64,000 nt of DNA from an uncultured Gemmataceae bacterium (GTDB lineage: Bacteria; Planctomycetota; Planctomycetia; Gemmatales; Gemmataceae), in NCBI GenBank assembly GCA_963750165.1, contig CAVVPN010000011.1:1568001-1632000 (forward strand). The letters are read 5' to 3'. Each line of letters starts with the position of its first letter. Position 1 is the stretch's first letter. The notes under the pieces are model-generated. The model was not told the DNA's origin, made no database searches, and was given only the letters and a program-made list of their open reading frames with translations. Positions 41,166 through 53,036 of the stretch are shown here, piece after piece. The position numbers and the translations under genes were made by a program.

Positions 41166-41338
41166 CCGGGCACCGGAGGCCCCCTTCCCCGTGCCGGAAA
41201 CCTATCGCTGGCTCTGGCTGTATCCCGAGGGTGGCGGTACGCTGGCTGGTGATCGCCGTCGGCTTCGGCAGGGCGGGCGACTACTTTTGGCCCCGCCTGG
41301 CCGGCCCGTAAGGTACTTCGCCCGGCGGAGGACGCCAC

Positions 41339-44300
41339 ATGAACGCGGGCAACTGGGACGTGGTCGTCGTGGGGGCAGGGGCGGCAGGACTGGCGGCGGC
41401 CATCGGCCTGGCGCGACAGGGGTTGGCCGTGGCCGTACTTGAGGCGGCCGCGTTCCCCGGCGCCGAGAACTGGTCCGGCTGCGTCTACTTCGCCGAGAAT
41501 TTGGCCGACGAGCGGCTGCTGGGCCGCGCAGGCGTCGAGGCGCTGGCGTGGGAGCGGCGGTTGGTGGAGCGCGGCTTCTTCGCCACCGACGGCCACGGTT
41601 TGCTGGGGATGACCTACCGCGACGCGGCCGCCTTCCGCCACTGCTACACCGTCCTGCGACCCGTCTACGACCACCACCTCGCCCAGGCCGCCGTCAAGCA
41701 CGGGGCGGCGCTGCTGACGGCGACGACCGCCGAGAGCCTGATCCGCGACCACGGCCGCGTCGTTGGCGTCTGCACCAACCGCGGCCCGCTGTACGCCAAT
41801 TTGATCTTTCTCGCCGAGGGCGACGCCTCGCATCTGGTGACGCGCGAGGGCTACGAGCGCTCCGCCGACCCGAAAGAGGCGCCAAAATTTTTGCAGGGCA
41901 TCAAGCAGGTGCTGGAACTGCCACCGCGGGCGGTGGAGCAGCGCTTCGGCGTCGGCCCGGAGGAGGGAATCGCTTACGAGATACTGCTGCGCAACGGCAC
42001 GCTGCGCGGCCGGCCGGTCCACCTGAACATGGGCGGCTTTTTGTATGCGAACCGGCAAAGCCTGTCGATCGGCCTGGTGCTGCCGGCGGATCATCTGGCC
42101 GAGCACTTCGACGGCGACCCGAACTTGCTGATGGAGTGGTTCGAGGGCCTGCCGGCGCTGCGGCCGTGGTTCGCGGAGGGCCGCCGCGGCGCGTTCGGGG
42201 CCAAGCTGATCCGCGGCGGCGGCGCGAAGGACGTGCCCACGCTGATCGACGACGGCCTGGCCATCGGCGGCGCCGCCAGCGCCATCGGCATTGACTTCCC
42301 GTACCCGAACTTCACCGGCCCGGCGACGGCGATGGGCCTGCTGCTCGCCGAGGCCGTCCGCACGATTCGCGACGCGGGCGGCAGCTTCAGCCGCGAGGAA
42401 CTGCGCCGCCATTACCTGACGCCGCTGCAACAGACGCACTACTGGCGCGACGTGGAGTTCCTGCGGCGCTGGCCGGCTTATGTCAAGAAGACGCAGGTGT
42501 TTTTCGGCCGCAATATCGACCTGTCGCTGGGCAGCGCCTACGTCTGGACGCGCTCGGACCGTGGCACGCTGCAACGCTGGGCGGATTGGCTGCGCCTGGT
42601 GCGCGGCGCGGCAGACCCGGAGATGCAGCGCGACGCGGCCGAGTTGCAGCAGGCGCTGAACGTGCGCGACGTGGTGCGGCGGCCGCCGTGGCTGCGGTTG
42701 CTGCTGGATGGGACGCTGAACGCCTTTCGTGACGTGCTGGGCCGGCCGCGCGACGTGCCGCAGGCGGGCGACGTGCAGCTGCACTACAGCGTCGGCGGAG
42801 GTGCGGAGCCGGGCGGACTGCCGCCGGCGGCGCTGCGCGGCTGGTTCGCGCGCTTCGCCCCGGCGCTGGCGGCCGCGGCGCGGGTCGTTTACGCGAACGA
42901 TGACACCCCCCTGTCACAGAAACTGCCGCGGGCGGTCGAGCTGCTGACGCGGCAGGTGAGCCTTATCGACCTTTTCCAGCTAATGGGGTTCGGTCTGCCG
43001 GGGGCATTCATGGCCGCCCTGGAGCGTTGGCGGGGCCGGGGCGCTGCTACCGACGGGCCGCACGCTGACTACGCGCTAGCCGCCGCGAAAGCGAGCGACC
43101 TGACGCCGGCGCTGGGGCCGGCCGCCCAGCACTGGGAGGCGCGGCTGGCGCAGCTGGGCTACGACACGGCGCGGCAGTCGCACATCCACGTGCTGTGGCC
43201 GCAGGCGCTGGAGAACACCCAGGACGTGACGCGTGCCGGCCTGTGGCACGTCTGCCCGGCGCACGTCTATGAGGCGCGCGTCAGTCCGACCGGCCAGCTG
43301 CAAATCGTCGTCAACTTCGAGAACTGCATCAAGTGCGAGACGTGCTGGCGGACCAGTGACATCGTCGATTGGGGCCGTGACGGCAAGCAGCGTTTCGTCT
43401 ACGCGGTGCGGACGCCGGTGGTGCGCCAGGTGATCGCCGCCCAGGACGAGGCGGGGTTGGCCGTCGCCCACGCGCCGCGCGCCGGCGACCGCTGGGAGCA
43501 GGAAATCGCGGCCCTGGCGGAGCAACCCGAGGCGAAAGCGGGCGCGTCGGTGCGCGCCGAGCAGGTCGCGCTGGCCGAGGCGGCGGAACTGGTGGAGCGG
43601 TTGGAGCGCAAATTGATTGACTTCGACGAGGCGCTGGCGCGAGAGCCGCGCATCATCGACCGCGCCCGCACCGAGTACCTGGTGCTGCTCGCCAACCACG
43701 CTCAGCAGCAGGCGGCCCGGTTGGTCGCGGTCGTGGAGGGCTGCAAGCTGGGCACCGCGGTGCGCGAGCGGCTGCTGGACCTGGCACGCGGGACGCTGAT
43801 CCGGGCCGAGCGGCGCACGCGTGAGGCGGCGCGGCAGCGCTTTGCCTGGGCCGCCGCGGACGGCCGGCAGCTGCGGCAGCATCACTTGATGGGACTGCGG
43901 CGTTACCTGGAATGGTTGCGGCAGGGTCACGCGGCGGACGCGGCGGATGACCCGCTGCAACCGTGGCTGGCCGCCGAGGCGAACGCGGATCGAGCCGGGC
44001 AACTCGCGGAGTTGCGGCGGCGCCTGGACGCGGTGTTTCCCGCCGGCGTCTGGCGCGACCTGGAGCAGCAGAAGCCGTTGACCGACGAACAGGACGCGCT
44101 ACTGCGGCAGTTGCTGGCCGAAGTGCCGGCCCCGGAGTCGAGTGATCCGATGGCGCGGCACCTGTTGCTCGCGGAACTCGGCTGCCGGAACCCGTCCCTG
44201 GCGTACCGGGTAGCCTCCCATTTGTGGGCGCGTGACCTGGCGCTGTTGCTAGGCGGGCCGGCGCTGGCGGCGGCGGCCGACCGCTGGGCGCGCGGCGAGG

Positions 44301-47300
44301 AATGGGCGTGCTTCGTGCCGCTGGCCGCGAACGCCGGTCAGCAAGAAGCGCTGCTGGTGCCGGCCCGCGCTGCCGACCACCTGTTGCTTTGGTCCGGTCT
44401 GCGGCTGCTGCTGACCGCGGCGGACGGGGCGGCCGTTCGCGTGGAACCGCTGCCTTCGCTGGGACTGCGCGGCGCCGACCTGGCGCGGGTGGCGCTCCGC
44501 GACGCCACCGCCGTGGAAGCCGCGACCGTCGTGGCCCCGAATCGGATCGAGTTGCTGTTCGCCGCCGTCAGCAGCGCGGACCTGATCGCCATTGCGGCCG
44601 GCATGGCGGACGTGCTTTGCGAGCGCTCGATCGCGCACGCCACCAGTCGCGTGCAGTTCCCCGGCCTGTTCCACGACGAGGACGCCCGCGACGCCATCGG
44701 CAAGTTCGGCGCGGTCAAGAAGATGATCGCGGACATGACGGCCGGGCGCTACGTGCTGGAGACGTTCTGTCGCGCCCCGCCCCCGACGCGAATCAGGAGG
44801 TGGAGGCGGCGGCGCGGTGGGACTTGCTCAAGGCGGTGGCCGCGGAGGTGCTGGGCACGGCGCCCGGCAGCGTCAGCTACAACGCCGGCCAGGTCTTCGG
44901 CGGCACCGGCTATTCCGAGGACGACATCCTGAGCAAGTATTACCGCGACGCCGCGGCCTGGCGCTTCCTGGGCAGCGACAACGGGACCGTCTGGCGTGAG
45001 CACGGCCGTTTCCTGCTCGAAACCTGGGCGCATGTCGGACAGCCCCTGAGCCAGCTGGAGGACGAGGCCCGCCTGTTCGAGGCGGTCGCCCAGCGACAGA
45101 CGCTGCAGGCGGAACTGGACGCGCTGCACCTCGGCACCGCGCGCGTCCGCGACCTCGTTACCACGTGGCTCGGGGCCGCGGCGCGGCCGGACGACGCCGA
45201 CACCGCGGAGTTCCGCACCGCCCTCGGTCGTGCAGACGCTCTGTTGCTGTCCGCGAAAATGCTGCTGGTGCGGACGCACGCACGCCTGGAGCGCGGCGGC
45301 GACAACGCGGCGGCGGTCGCCCTGCTGCGCGTCTGGGTGGAGAAGGTGACCGCGGCGCTCGATGACTTCGAGGCGACGGTGCGCCGCCACCTCGACCGCC
45401 GCGGCTTCGACCTGCGGCAACCGCTGCCCGTCAACGGCGCCGCCGTCGTCGCGCACTACGACCAACTGCTGCAGCAGCCCAACCCCTACGACTCCGGCGA
45501 CTTCCTCACGAAGCCCGTCAACCTGCACGCGCCGCGCTTCGTGCCGGACCTGATCGCGACCGACCCCGTTCTAACGCAATGGCACGAGGAACTGCGGACG
45601 CTGTTTCAGCGGCAGTTCGGCCAGCCGCGCGACGGGATGATCTATGAGCGCTACCTGGAGGAGCGGCACCGGCCGGACGCGGACGACCTGGAATTTCTGC
45701 GGCGGCACGGCTTCTTCCGTATGCCGATTCCGCGCGCTCTCGGCGGCGAGGGCCGCGGCAAGGCCGACTACTACCTGCTGACGACGACCGCGCACCGCCT
45801 CGCCGACGGGGCCATTTCGCTGACGATCCAGGTCAACAGCAGCCTCGGCACCACGCCCGTGCTGCTGCCGCGCGACAAGGACTTGCCGAAAGCGCAGCAG
45901 GATGTGGCCGCGTTTGCCGCCGACGCCGCGCTGCAGAGCGACGTGCGACTCGGTCTGGAACAGCTGGCCCGGCAGGCGGAGGCCGGCCCATCGCCGCTGC
46001 TGGCGCCGGCCGTGCAGGCGCTGCAAAAACGGCTGGACGAGGGCGGCACCAACAAGCCGGCCCTGCGTGTGCTCTGCCACCGCTTCACTGCATCGTGGCA
46101 GGAGGCCGGCCGCGCTCTCAAGGCGCTCGACGGCCCCACCCTGACGGCCCGGTTGCGCAAAGCGCTGGACGGCTGGCGGCAGGCGTGCGAGCGGGCCGCG
46201 GCGTATCAGCAGGAACTCGGCCTGCGCCTGGAGGCGGCGGACCTGTTCCTGCGCTGGGTCGCCAGCGGCCAGATTTCCGCGTTCGCGCTGACGGAGCCGA
46301 CCGCCGGCTCTGATACCGCCCGCGTCGCCACACGCGCCCGGCCGCGCTCCGTGCCGCTGGAACGCGACTCCGAAGGCGTCTACCGCTTCATGCCCGCCAG
46401 CGGTAAGGAATCGCGTATCCTGCTGGACGCCCGCCGCCTCGACTTCCGCACCGGCGCCGACGGGGAGTACCGCGCCCACTATCGCTGGTCCGACGCCGCC
46501 GAGCCGGCACTCATTCACTTTGACGAATATGATTATGAGACCGACGATCCGCACAAACTCCGCTATTTCGAGCGCAACGGCGAGCGCGTCTACTTCCACG
46601 ACATCGCCATCCTGCGCGACCGCGGCGGCCGGCTGTGGTACGACTACTGGGAGCTGACCGGCGCCAAGATGTGGATCACCAACGGCCGCGTCTGCGGCAT
46701 CATGTGCCTGTACGCCAAGACCGACGACGGCGTGACCGGCTTCATCGTGGACCGTCACGCCGAGGGCCTGGTCGTCGGCAAGGACGAGGCCAAGATGGGC
46801 CAGTTCGGTTCGCCGACCAATGAACTGGCGCTGATGGCAGTGCGCGTGCCGCTGGAGAACGTCATCGGTCTGGAGGGCCGCGGTCAGGTCAACGCCCTGG
46901 AGACGCTGAACGTCGGCCGCACCGGCATCGCCATGTCCGCGATGTCGCAGATGAGCCGGCTGCTGGAGTTTTGCAGGGATTTCCTGGACGAGCGCGGCCG
47001 TGAGGTGCCGGACTGGGCGGCGTGGCGGCTGCAGGAAATGGAGGAGGCACGCTTCATCGCCGAGGCGGTGTCGTGGGGCCTGGTCGGCCGGCTGGAGCAC
47101 AAGCAGACGAAGTCCGTGCGTGTCGAGTCGGCTGCGGCGAAGATGCTGGTGAGCGAGCTGTACCACAAGGCGATCGAGACGGCTGAGGAGATTTTCGGCC
47201 TGGCGGGCCAGACACAGGAGCACCTGATTGAGAAGCGCAAGCGCGACGCCCGCATCCTCAATATTTACGAGGGCACCAACGAGATTCAGCGCTTCCTGAT

Positions 47301-49683
47301 CCTGCGCGACCTCGTGGGCGACCTGGTGGCGCGCTGGCAGGGCGTCGCTCCGACGGCAACGCTGACGCCGGGCGAGCAGGCGCTGGAAACGCTCAAGGCG
47401 GAAGTGCGACAGCGCGTCGAGGCGGCCCTGGCGCTCTTCGGACAGCAGCTGTGGCAGAATCCAAACCTGCAGGCGAGCTGTTTCCTACTCTCCGAGGCAG
47501 TGGCGTGGGTCGCCGCCCAGGACGCCACGCTGGCGCGCGTGACCTGGCTCAGCGGCCGCGCCGCCCAGGACGCCATGCTGCTGCCAGGTATCGAAACGGG
47601 CCGGCGGGCGCTGACGCGCTGTGCCCTGGAAGCCCGCAATCGCCTGCGCCGCTTCGACGGCCGACTGGCGCTGCTGCGCCGCGGCATCTACGACCCGGCC
47701 GTCCGCGCCGCTAGTGTGCTCTTCCAGGACGCGGCCGAACCCAAGGCGGCGATCGCGCCCGTGGGGAGCATGATTGACAGACCGCTGTCACTGCTGGTCG
47801 TACTGGACGCGCCGGAGGCCGGGGCACCACAGCCGCACGTCGCCGACGGCCAGTTGCTCGAAGCGTACCGCGTGTTCACCGAGGCGGATCGGGCGGCGCT
47901 GGAGACGGCTCTGCGATTGCGCGACCGGACGGACGTGGCGGTATCTATCCAGGCCGCCACGGTGGCGCCGCGGGCCGCCGGGTTGCTGTTGCGTGAGGTG
48001 CTGAGCCTGGGCGTGGAGCGCGTCCTGCTGGTCGAGGCACCCGGGCCAGTGCCGCCGGACCAGGCCGCAGTGGCGCTGGCGGCGGTGCTGCGTGGGGGGC
48101 CGGCGTTTGACCTGATCCTGAGCGGCAACGGCGGCCAGGGTGACGAGGGCTTGCTCGGCCGACTCACCGCGGAGGCGCTGGGCGTGCCCTGCTGTGGTGG
48201 CGTCGCCCAGGTGGCGGTGCAGGCGGACGCGCAACAGGCAGTCGCACTGCTCGTCAGCGCCGACGGTCGCCAGCGCCGCCAGCGCACTTGCCGGCTGCCG
48301 TCGCGGTCGAGTCGGGGACGCCGCTACGGCCGTTCACAGCGGCCCAGTTTCAGAGCAACCTGGAACGCGGCGTCGAGGCGCGCCCGTGGCCGGCGGCAGT
48401 CCCGGCGACGCCAGTCGTCTTCGAGCCGGAGGAACGCCAGACGGCCGCCGCTGCGGAGCAGCCAGCCCAGCTGCTGCCGCACGAGGCCGGCCATTTCCTG
48501 CTGCAAGCGCTCGGCGTGCGCACCGCCAGTGCGCACGCCAACGGCAGCGCCGCCCCGGCCGCGGTGACCGTGCGCGACGTGGACCGGCCGGCGTTCACCG
48601 GCGACGCGGCCGGCGTGGTGGCGGTGCTGGCGACGGATGCCGCGGGCAACCTGCGACCGAGCGCGGCGCGGACGCTGGAGGCAGCGCATTTCGTCGGCGG
48701 TTTCGTGCCGGCTGACGCTCGCCGAACCGCCCTGCTGCTGGCTGGCGGCGACGCGGCGGCACAACAACGGGCGCTGGCGGAGTTGGCGAAACAATGGCCG
48801 TATGACCTGTGCCTGGTGCCGGCCGCGGAGGCGGGGGCTTCCGACGAGGTGCTGGCCCGGCTGCTGGCGGACGCGTGGGCCGGCCTGGGTGCCCGCCCCG
48901 CCGCGGTGGTCGGCGAGCCGTGGGCGGAGGCGGCGCTAGCCCGGCTGGCGGCCCCGGCCGGCGACAACGCCGCGCTGCGCGTCCGCGCCCTGGGCCGTCA
49001 CGAAGGCCAGTTAGTGGCCGAGACGAGCCGGCAGCGGGGCAAGTACCGCGCCCGCCGGACGCTGACGCCCACCGCCGGCCATACATGCTGGATCGGTCTG
49101 GCGGCCGAGGCGGACGTGGGCGCGGCCAGCCCCCCGGCGGCACCGGCGGCGCGGCGCGTCGAGCGCCGGGCGCCGCAGCCTGGTGCGCACTTTCTTCGGC
49201 AAGGCGGACGTGCGGCGGCTGCTGGAGGAGCTGAAGCAGGACACCGGCCTGGCGCGGCTGACGGACGCGGAGTTCATCATCGACGTGGGCTTCGGCGTCG
49301 GCAACCGCGACGGCTATGAAGAAGTGATCGAGCCGCTGGAGCGGGCACTGCGGCGGCTGGGCGTGCGCGGCCTGGTGGTCGGCGGCTCGCGCAAGGTGAC
49401 GGAGGAACTGCATCTGTTACCGCTGGACCGGCAGATCGGCCAGTCCGGCGTCAGCGTCAATCCGGGCGTGCTGCTGGCGGTCGGCGTCAGCGGGGCGCCG
49501 CAGCACCTCAACTACATCGGGCCGCGGGCAACGGTGATCGCCTTCAACCGCGACCCGGACGCGCCGTTGATGACGCTCAACCAGCGCCAGCCGCGGCCGC
49601 GCGTCTATCCGGTGCTCGGCGACCTGTTCGAGACGGTGCCGGCGTTTGTCGCGGCGCTGGAGGATGAAGGGGTGAGAGGATGA
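41339..49683 (+). CDS. Giant fusion: FixC/ETF-QO-like flavoprotein + FixX-like ferredoxin + two acyl-CoA dehydrogenase-like modules + EtfB + EtfA (three apparent frameshifts, ~44780, ~48290, ~49185)
   Basis: VVVGAGAAG (FAD); CPAHVY...ENCIKCETC; GQVFGGTGYSED; AFALTEPTAGSD, GAKMWITNG, LNVGR, IYEGTNEIQR; DRAALETALRLRD (EtfB); GGSRKV, QIGQSG, VGVSGAPQH, NRDPDAP (EtfA). Confidence 0.8.
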
Positions 49684-49837
49684 GGGGGTGACAGCAGTTG
49701 TCTCGTCACCCCCTCACCCCCTCACCGTCCCGCCGCCCAACTCCTAAAACGAACCTCGTGGCAGAAACCCCCGGCCACGGTTAGCCTGAATGGGCTGGCT
49801 CGTCGTACTGGGTCCGGGGCCGCGGATACCGTAGCAA

Positions 49838-50931
49838 ATGAATGTGAGGACTCTGATGCCGCACCGTGTTTCGTGGATCTGCACCAGCCTGGCCGGCTTG
49901 CTGACGGCCGTGGTGGTGCTGGGAACGCTGCCGTTCGCCGCGGCCCAGCCCGACAAACCCAAGACGCCCCTGTGGACGCACGCCTTCAACCTGAAGTGCC
50001 GCAACAGCAAGGAGACCGGCGGCTTCTCTGACAAGACGCGCGTCTACGGCATGGAGGTCTTCAAGGACGAGAACACGAACCTGGGTATTTACCTGCTGGA
50101 GACCGGCTCGCTCGGCGTCACCTCTGGCGGCTTCGGCGACATCAAGGTGGCTATCAAGGACAGCAAGGCGCTGACCTGGATGCACGCCATGGACGTCAAG
50201 GTACGCAAGACCGGTGAGGACAAGTTCACCGAAAACACGCAGGTGCTGACCATCGAGGTCTACAGGGACGACAACACCGGCAACTGGGTGTACATCTCCG
50301 AGAAGGGCTACATCGCCATCGTGCCAGGCGCCTCGAAGACCGGCACCGCGCCGACGCCGGGGCGCGCGGCCCGGTGTGGATGCACGGCCTCGATCTCAAG
50401 TGTCGCAAGGGCGGCGTCAAGACCTGGGACAACGACACCAAGAACTGGAGCATGGAAATCTTCCGGGACGAGAACACCGGCTTCCTGATCTACATCGTCG
50501 AGAACGGCGCCCTCTCCGTGGTGCCTGGCTTCGACACCGCGCCGTCGCCGACGCCCAAGAGCCAGGCTCCGCAGTGGATGCACGGCCTCGATCTCAAGTG
50601 CCGCAAGGGCGGCGTCAAGAACTTTGAGAAGACGACGCAGGTCTTCGGCCTGGAGCTGTTCCGCGACGCCAACAACGCCAACTACATTTACCTCTCGGAG
50701 GTTGGCTCCATTGCGGTGGTGCGCGGCGACAAGGATGTCAAGGCGCCGACAGCCAAGCCGGCCGAGCCCGAGTGGAAGCACGGCCTGGACCTGAAGTGCC
50801 GCAAGTTCGACGAACCGGCCTTCTCCGAACGCACGCACATCTACGGCGTCGAGGTGTTCAGCGACCCGAACACGCGCGCGCTCCTGTACATCGACGACCT
50901 GGGCTACATCGCGGCCGTCGCGGCGAAGTGA
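49838..50931 (+). CDS. Secreted protein with five ~65-aa repeats (frameshift ~50365)
   Basis: Signal peptide; five copies of W.H..DLKCRK...EVFRD.NT...YI.E.G. Confidence 0.8.
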
Positions 50932-51167
50932 AGAAGATGACCAGGGGACCGGTTGACTCGGTGAACGACCCAGCGCTCTTTCACCAGGTCAACCGGTCAT
51001 CTGGTCAAGGTGTGCCTCCCGAGACCTCCCCTTCTCAAGTCGCGGTCCATTTGTTACCTTGACACCAACGTAACCGAGGGCGCGGCCCTCCGCGGGAGGT
51101 CTGCCGTGGCGTCGATTCACGGTCATCGACCGCCTGAATAACCAGAACACAGGAGTGAGAACGAACC

Positions 51168-51737
51168 GTGGCCTCGATCAACTACAGCCAGGTCCGCAAA
51201 GGCATGGTCATCCTCGAAGCGGATGGCCAGCTGTACTACGTGATTGACCGTGAACTGAAGACGCCGGGCAACCTGCCGTCCAAGCTCACGCTCACCACCA
51301 AGAACCTGAAAACCGGCTTCGTCAACAAGGGACGCGTCCACCCCGAAGACAAGGTGGAGCAGGCCTACCTCGACACCCGGGCCATGCAGTATCTCTACCA
51401 GGACGGCGACGGCTACGTCTTCATGGACAAGGAGTCCTACGACCAGATCACGCTCGGCAAGGAGTGGGTCGGCGACATGATCCTCTACCTCAAGGAAAAC
51501 GACGACGCCAAGGTGACCTTCCACGACGGCAAACCGATCAGCCTGGAGTTGCCGGCCACCGTTGAGTTGAAGGTCACCGAGACCGACCCGGCCCTCAAGG
51601 GCGCCACCGCCGCGGCCCAGTACAAACCGGCGACGCTGGAAACCGGCCTCAAAATCACCGTGCCGCCGTTCATCGCCACCGGCGAGGTGGTGCAGGTCGA
51701 TACGCGCACCGGCGAGTACCTCAGCCGCGTCAAGTGA
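51168..51737 (+). CDS. efp: Translation elongation factor P
   Basis: MQYLYQDGDGYVFMD, ETDPALKGATA, KPATLETG, VDTRTGEYLSRV; tip loop TPGNL. Confidence 0.97.
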   Translation: MASINYSQVRKGMVILEADGQLYYVIDRELKTPGNLPSKLTLTTKNLKTGFVNKGRVHPEDKVEQAYLDTRAMQYLYQDGDGYVFMDKESYDQITLGKEWVGDMILYLKENDDAKVTFHDGKPISLELPATVELKVTETDPALKGATAAAQYKPATLETGLKITVPPFIATGEVVQVDTRTGEYLSRVK

Positions 51738-51801
51738 GCGGCCGACCGTCTTCCCGCGAGCACACCTCAAGACCCGACCCGCAGGTTGCGCTGTCTTCGC
51801 G

Positions 51802-51858
51802 TAGGACAGGCGGCCCGCCTGTCCATTTCCGAAGGACAGGCGAGCCCCCTGTCCTACG
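51802..51858. repeat. REP-like GGACAGGC...CCTGTCC doublet
   Basis: Two adjacent hairpins, GGACAGGCGGCCCGCCTGTCC and GGACAGGCGAGCCCCCTGTCC. Confidence 0.7.
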
Positions 51859-51881
51859 ACCCAGGAAACCCAGGGGGTGCC

Positions 51882-52142
51882 ATGCCCTACCGCGACGACG
51901 ACCACGCCGACCTGGACGAGCGCGAATTCCCCGAGCCGGACGACGAGGAAGAGCAGGACGTGGCCTCGCTGGTGGAGTGCCCGTACTGCCGCAAGTTCGT
52001 CCACGAGGAAGCGCCGCGCTGTCACCACTGCGGCAACTATCCCTCGGCGGAAGACGCCCCATCGCGCAAGCCGTGGTGGCTGATCCTCGGCGTGCTGGTC
52101 TGCCTGCTCCTGATCCTGCTCGGCATCCGCTGGGGGTGGTGA
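51882..52142 (+). CDS. Small zinc-ribbon membrane protein
   Basis: CPYC...CHHC followed by a TM helix. Confidence 0.75.
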   Translation: MPYRDDDHADLDEREFPEPDDEEEQDVASLVECPYCRKFVHEEAPRCHHCGNYPSAEDAPSRKPWWLILGVLVCLLLILLGIRWGW

Positions 52143-52145
52143 GTC

Positions 52146-52961
52146 GTGAACGTGCCGCTGGTGACGCTGACGACCGACTTCGGCCGCGACTCCGCCTACG
52201 TCGCGGCGCTGAAGGGGGTGCTGCTCTCGGTCAATCCGCAGGCCCGGTTGCTCGACCTCACCCACGACATCGGCCCCCAGGACCTGCAACACGCCAGCTT
52301 CTTCCTGCGCGGCTGCGTCCTATACTTTCCGCCGGGCACGCTGCACGTCGTCGTCGTGGATCCCGGCGTCGGCACCGACCGGGTCATCCTCTACGTTGAA
52401 ACGCGCGGTCAGCGGCTGCTGGTGCCGGACAACGGCTGCTGGACCGCCCTGGTGGACCCGGCGCAACCGCTCACGGTGTTGCGCGTGACCGAGCCGCGCT
52501 ACTGGCGGCAACCGGTCAGCGCCACCTTCCACGGCCGTGACATCTTCGCGCCAGTCGCGGGCCACCTGACGCTCGGCCTCGACCCGCGGCAGCTGGGTCC
52601 GCGTGCCCACGACTGGGCCAGGCTGCCGACGGCGGTGCCGGTGCGAACCGAGCATGGCATCGTCGGCGAGGTGGTGTTCATCGACCGCTTCGGCAACCTC
52701 ATCACCAACATCCCCGAGGCGTGGCTGCCGCGCGGGTCGGATCGTGACTTCCAGGTTAGTGTGGACGGCCAGGCGGTCACGAACCGCGTTCGCACCTACG
52801 GCGAGGCGCCGGCCGGCACCCTGGTGGCGCTGATCTCCAGCGTGGACACCCTGGAGGTGGCGGTCACGCAGGGCAGCGCTGCCGAGCGGTTGAAGGCCAG
52901 GGTCGGCAGCGCCGTGCAGGTGCAAACGGTCGTGACTGCGGCGGTGCCGGCGCAGCCGTGA
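52146..52961 (+). CDS. SAM hydroxide adenosyltransferase / chlorinase-fluorinase family (DUF62)
   Basis: TLTTDFG, VVDPGVGT, PDNG, SATFHGRDIFAP, IDRFGN. Confidence 0.93.
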   Translation: MNVPLVTLTTDFGRDSAYVAALKGVLLSVNPQARLLDLTHDIGPQDLQHASFFLRGCVLYFPPGTLHVVVVDPGVGTDRVILYVETRGQRLLVPDNGCWTALVDPAQPLTVLRVTEPRYWRQPVSATFHGRDIFAPVAGHLTLGLDPRQLGPRAHDWARLPTAVPVRTEHGIVGEVVFIDRFGNLITNIPEAWLPRGSDRDFQVSVDGQAVTNRVRTYGEAPAGTLVALISSVDTLEVAVTQGSAAERLKARVGSAVQVQTVVTAAVPAQP

Positions 52962-53036
52962 TTGGACGGCGCCGGGGGGACGCTTTACAATGGGCTGCAA
53001 AGTCCGCCCCGCAACCCACCCGGAGTACGCCGGCCG

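Noticed and set aside
52146..52961. Fluorinase/chlorinase implying halometabolite biosynthesis
   Set aside because: The sequence and housekeeping context fit the widespread DUF62 SAM hydrolase. There is no biosynthetic cluster around it.
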